The notes beneath the pieces are model-generated. The model did not search any database, was not told the origin of the DNA, and worked only from the letters and a program-made list of their open reading frames with translations. From positions 83,018,001-83,082,000 of the forward strand of contig NC_043002.1 in the NCBI RefSeq assembly GCF_006345805.1: a stretch of DNA of 64,000 nucleotides. Reading direction: 5' to 3'. Within the stretch, counting starts at the first letter, position 1. Every line of letters begins with the position of its first letter. Position numbers and translations under genes: made by a program. The DNA comes from Octopus sinensis. Its lineage: Eukaryota. Positions 60,251 through 64,000 of this stretch are shown piece after piece.

Positions 60251-60319
60251 ATATATATATATATATATATTATCTATATATATATATATATATAATATAT
60301 ATATATATATATAAAAGAA

Positions 60320-60760
60320 TGTTTTGCGTAATAAGATAAAAAAACCAAGGCTGTATAGATTTAGAGCATTTATAGATAGATAGGTCTTACAGCTGTTTCT
60401 AGGATATTAATAATATATATCCCTTCATCGGAGACGGTGTGAGAGGAAAAATTAAGTCATAGTTAGTTTCAATGTGATACAAAATAGAGAGTGAGGTGGA
60501 GGAAAGAAAATAGATGTAAGATATGTATGGGTATTGAATTCGTAAATCCGTTTTATAGGCATAATGGTATATATGCAATATTCCAATATCCTTTGAGTAA
60601 AATCCAAAAGTTCAACAGAGTTTAATATGAGTCCTTCCAAATATAGAGTTTATAAGCAATGCAAGATTCCCTCATGAGTGAGATCCAGCAGATTTTTAAA
60701 CTTGGTCATTCCCAGTCGGGAATGTTATAGAGTCAGTGTTATAGAGTCAAGGTTTGTATT
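60320..60760 (-). mobile_element. Degenerate Penelope-like 3' end, facing the plus-strand element
   Basis: Minus-strand LLDFTQRILE...I resembles the end of PLE GIY-YIG ORFs; followed by a well-formed hammerhead motif. Confidence 0.55.
60384..60435 (-). ncRNA. Candidate minimal type-I hammerhead ribozyme
   Basis: Minus strand GTCT-CCGATGA-A-GGGATAT-atattatta-ATATCCT-A-GAAA-C-AGCT-G-TA-AGAC: stem I GTCT/AGAC, 7-bp stem II, 2-bp stem III with palindromic loop. Confidence 0.65.
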
Positions 60761-61567
60761 TTAAATACAGAAAACAGGATTTCGAACCTGTCACTTTGTG
60801 CGCGACAGCACATGCTGTAAACTGTAAACAAATGAAACTATTGGTGGAATTCTACTTTACGCATGCCATATAACCCCTCATCATTTTTTAATATTTTGAA
60901 ATTCTCAGAAAATTTTTGCGAATTTGTATTGTACACATGGGAATTCTTATAATTATGCAACACCCCTACTCCCCCCAAAAAGTATTTGGTGCGTTATTTA
61001 AGGCCTATTTAGCTGTTATTTTTAGCACATCTCCCGATCACCTCATACCTCATGTGTTTTAAACATTTAATTAGTGACAAAAAGAATTCGTGGTAAGCAG
61101 CTTGGTATCAGCTTGGCTTGTTATTATGGAAACAGGCACCTATATGTCTGTGGCTTTCGATTGGCTAAAATTATCTAAAATTTGAAAACTTTAAAAGTTA
61201 TTAACTATTTATTAAGACGAAAATGCATTTCATGTCTATGGCTACCATAAAAAAGTACACCAATACACCAAATATGAAATCAAATGGAACAAAAGTCGGA
61301 GAAATTGAAGAGTGGCAGCAAAACAGAAAAGATCTACGAGGGATAGATTCCAGTGTATATCAAGCTAGGGAAGAGTTGTTCTTGTTCACTACATTAGCAT
61401 GGCGACCAAGGAACTAACCATTAAATTGTGTTGATTCTTAAAATCGTGTCCATTATAGTTTTATGAGCGAATAGCGGGGAATGGCGTTGAAAGATTTGCA
61501 TGCTATCATTTGTTGTTAGAATGGTGAGAGTTTGTGTGTAAGAGTTGTGTGTGAGAATGAGAGAGTT

Positions 61568-61599
<32 letters not shown>

Positions 61600-61859
61600 A
61601 CGTCTATGACTGATGTGAAGATTTAATGTAGTGGTCTTAATCCTTGTGACTTTATGTAGTGGTCTTAATTTGGAGAGCGGAGATGTACGGGTTAGTGATG
61701 TCAAGGATTAGCTCCCTTTGGAAAATTTTATAGTGTGCTCAAAGGAGGCGATCTTCATTTTCCTTGGTTTTGAATGATAGTTAAACAGCATGGGTTGAGA
61801 GAGGGGTATTTTTTAAATACCTGTACGAATAATTATTTTGCGTGCCTATGTGATTTGTT

Positions 61860-62225
61860 CTTTTTCTTTTATTCTTTTATTTGTTCCAGTCATTTGACTG
61901 CGGCCATGCTGGAGCACCGCCTTTAGTCGAGCAAATCGACCCCAGGGCTTATTCTTTGTAAGCTTAGTACTTATTCTATTGGTCTCCCTTGCCGAACCGC
62001 TATGTGACGGGGACGTAAACACACCACCATCAGTTGTCAAGCGATGTTGGTGGGACAAACACAGACACACAAACACATACATATACATACGGGCTTCTTT
62101 CAGTTTCCGTCTACCAGATCCACTCGCAAGGCTTTGGTCGGCCCGAGGCTATAGTAGAAGACACTTGCCCAAGTTGCCACGCAGTGAGACTGAACCCGAA
62201 ACCAAGTGGTTGGTAAGCAAGCTAC
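61860..62225 (-). mobile_element. SINE family A, near full length
   Basis: ccagtcatttgactgcggccatgctggagcaccgcc ... ggtaagcaagctact. Confidence 0.9.
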
Positions 62226-62339
62226 TTTATTTCATAAGTATTTGCCATAAAGGCATTACAAAGAGGGGACGAACAAGAATAGACAAACATAAAAGGGTGA
62301 AGTAGCCGTAGCGATTAAATATTTACAATTTAAATTATA

Positions 62340-64000
62340 TAATGATTTAATAAACATGTTTATAACTTTTGACTTAAGCGTTGCTCATTACAAATGAAAT
62401 TTGTAATGGCTTCTCTGAAGGATAAGCATCCGACCACCAGGGTAGACCCCTTGCTTTTTCTTTCCTGGTTTGGGCTTTCAATTACCTGGTGCCAAACACT
62501 CCCAGCTTCCTCGCCACAGGCTTCAATCTTCTCATGAATCTGTCTCGTGACAGGTACCTTTTCTCTCCAGCCTGATCTTATTACTGAGGTAGTAACTAAA
62601 AAAGTTAACCCGCCCCTGGCCGGATACAAAGGTACCCGACAATATGCCTCTCACACGCGTTTTCCATACTGTTTCTTTCAGTATGGCTATTACGCAGAAA
62701 AAACAAGCCTTCTTTTCCCTGTTAAGGGCAGGAGGCGGCACAATCTCGATGATAGCATCGGTTATCACCTACCGTCTGACTGTGGTGCCTTGCTAGTTGC
62801 CCTTCCATTCTGGCCTTATCTAGTCTTAGCTGACGGCTAAACCTAAAAGACTCAAAACGAATGGCTCTCTTCAGGGCGAACCACCATCGGTTATTAACCA
62901 CCGCGCCGGTTAACGCCCTCTGTACTAATTCCTCAATCCTGCTACGGTATGCCTCGCAAGTCAAAATAGACTTGTTCAGTTCCAGTAGCCGGATCCTCTC
63001 TTAACTGTACTATCTATGTCCAGTCTACACTTAACCATTCTATGGTCAGTGTATGCTACTTGGACAAGCTGTGGACAGCTAAAACTAAACTTATCTCCAG
63101 TTCTTATCACTATCCTATCTAAATAGGACTTGAACCTTCCGTCGCCACTCATCCAGGTCCACCCTAGGACTTTCGGATGGTCAAGTCTGTAACGATCTGC
63201 CAGCTGAAACCGCTTGAGTAGATCCACGAGACGTGAGTTTACTTTTCTATAGATCGAGCCAACACCATCGATGCGCGTTATAGTCACTATAACATAGCGT
63301 TATAGTCACCTAACACCATTAATATCTTCGACGTCACGAGAAAGTTCTTTAGGCACCGATAAAAATCAGTTTGAAATCAATCCTCTAGCACAAGGTGCAT
63401 AGATCCCAATCAACCTGAAGTCCTTACTGCTGTATGTCACATCAAGGACGACCAGCCCACCTTCTGGGTCTACATAGACTGTACTTGTCTGCAGAGCCAA
63501 GCCTTTTCGAACCAGTACTACTACACCCCCTCGCCCTCCGGTCCGGCTAGGAGACATGATTTTCTCATAGTCATTCGGAGGGGCGAGAAGGCTTGTAGAC
63601 TGTCCAGCTTGGTCTCTGTAGCAACCATCACATGCATATCATGTGATCTGAGGTCGTCGAAGAAACAAGCTTGCTTCCACTTCGAGCTCAGACCACGCAC
63701 ATTCAAACACCCAAGGTTAAGTGCAGTCATTTAAAACAAAAGAAAAGCAAGGGTTCTACTTACTCTTTCACTTTTTTCTTTTATTGGTGATGCTGGGGCT
63801 GACCTCACCACACGTGAGGCAGTCCTTTCCTCCTGCTCCTTCAAAAACACCATCAAATACCGCGGAAGGTCCGGGATGTTCGTGATGGTCCTCGGATGCC
63901 TACCCTTCGTTTCATTATGCAGTTTTTCTGATATCCAAGCACATCTCTCTTCCGTGTCTTCGGGCTGCTGCAACAGCTCCACGGTGTGGTGCTTTTTTAA
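62340..64000 (-). mobile_element. Tx1/L1-clade LINE with ORF1 end, endonuclease and C-terminus, RT deleted; runs off the window
   Basis: MTALNLGCLNVRGL...VATETKL (63730), GVVVLVRKG...PEGGLVVLD...IGIYAP, SYLDRIV...TDHRMV, GSGYW, linker NNRWWFALKRAI, then directly DAIIEIVPPPALNREKKACFFCVIAILKETVWKTR. Confidence 0.9.

Overview
Repeat-saturated eukaryotic DNA, most likely from a coleoid cephalopod (Octopus). This is inferred from four tRNA-headed SINE families (labelled A-D here), very dense (TA)n/(CA)n/(ATAC)n/(GA)n microsatellites and the LINE complement. No host protein-coding gene can be identified with confidence; only a weak chain of minus-strand candidate exons is visible. Recognisable content: Tx1/L1-clade LINEs (1.8-5.0 kb, an array at 32.5-41.7 kb, 62.3-64.0 kb), a CR1-type LINE ORF2 (44.1-46.9 kb), three RTE-clade fragments, a Penelope-like element with RT and GIY-YIG domains (57.6-60.2 kb) plus other Penelope-like ends, a fossil Gypsy integrase, Tc1 and mariner fragments, a Helentron-type non-autonomous element, a MITE with an 8-bp TSD, several minisatellites, local templated duplications and a 100-N scaffold gap (41709-41808). 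The two most promising observations follow. (1) A head-to-tail, same-strand stack of Tx1 copies whose visible 5' and 3' ends all abut (TCTA)n/(TCTG)n tracts, suggesting a GATA/TCTA-microsatellite-targeting Tx1 family with a possible ORF1-only (HAL1-like) non-autonomous partner. (2) Up to five minimal type-I hammerhead-ribozyme-like motifs in Penelope-type ends, four of which have an extra purine after core position A9. All calls are from reading the sequence by eye; no alignments or database searches were run, and most element boundaries are approximate.
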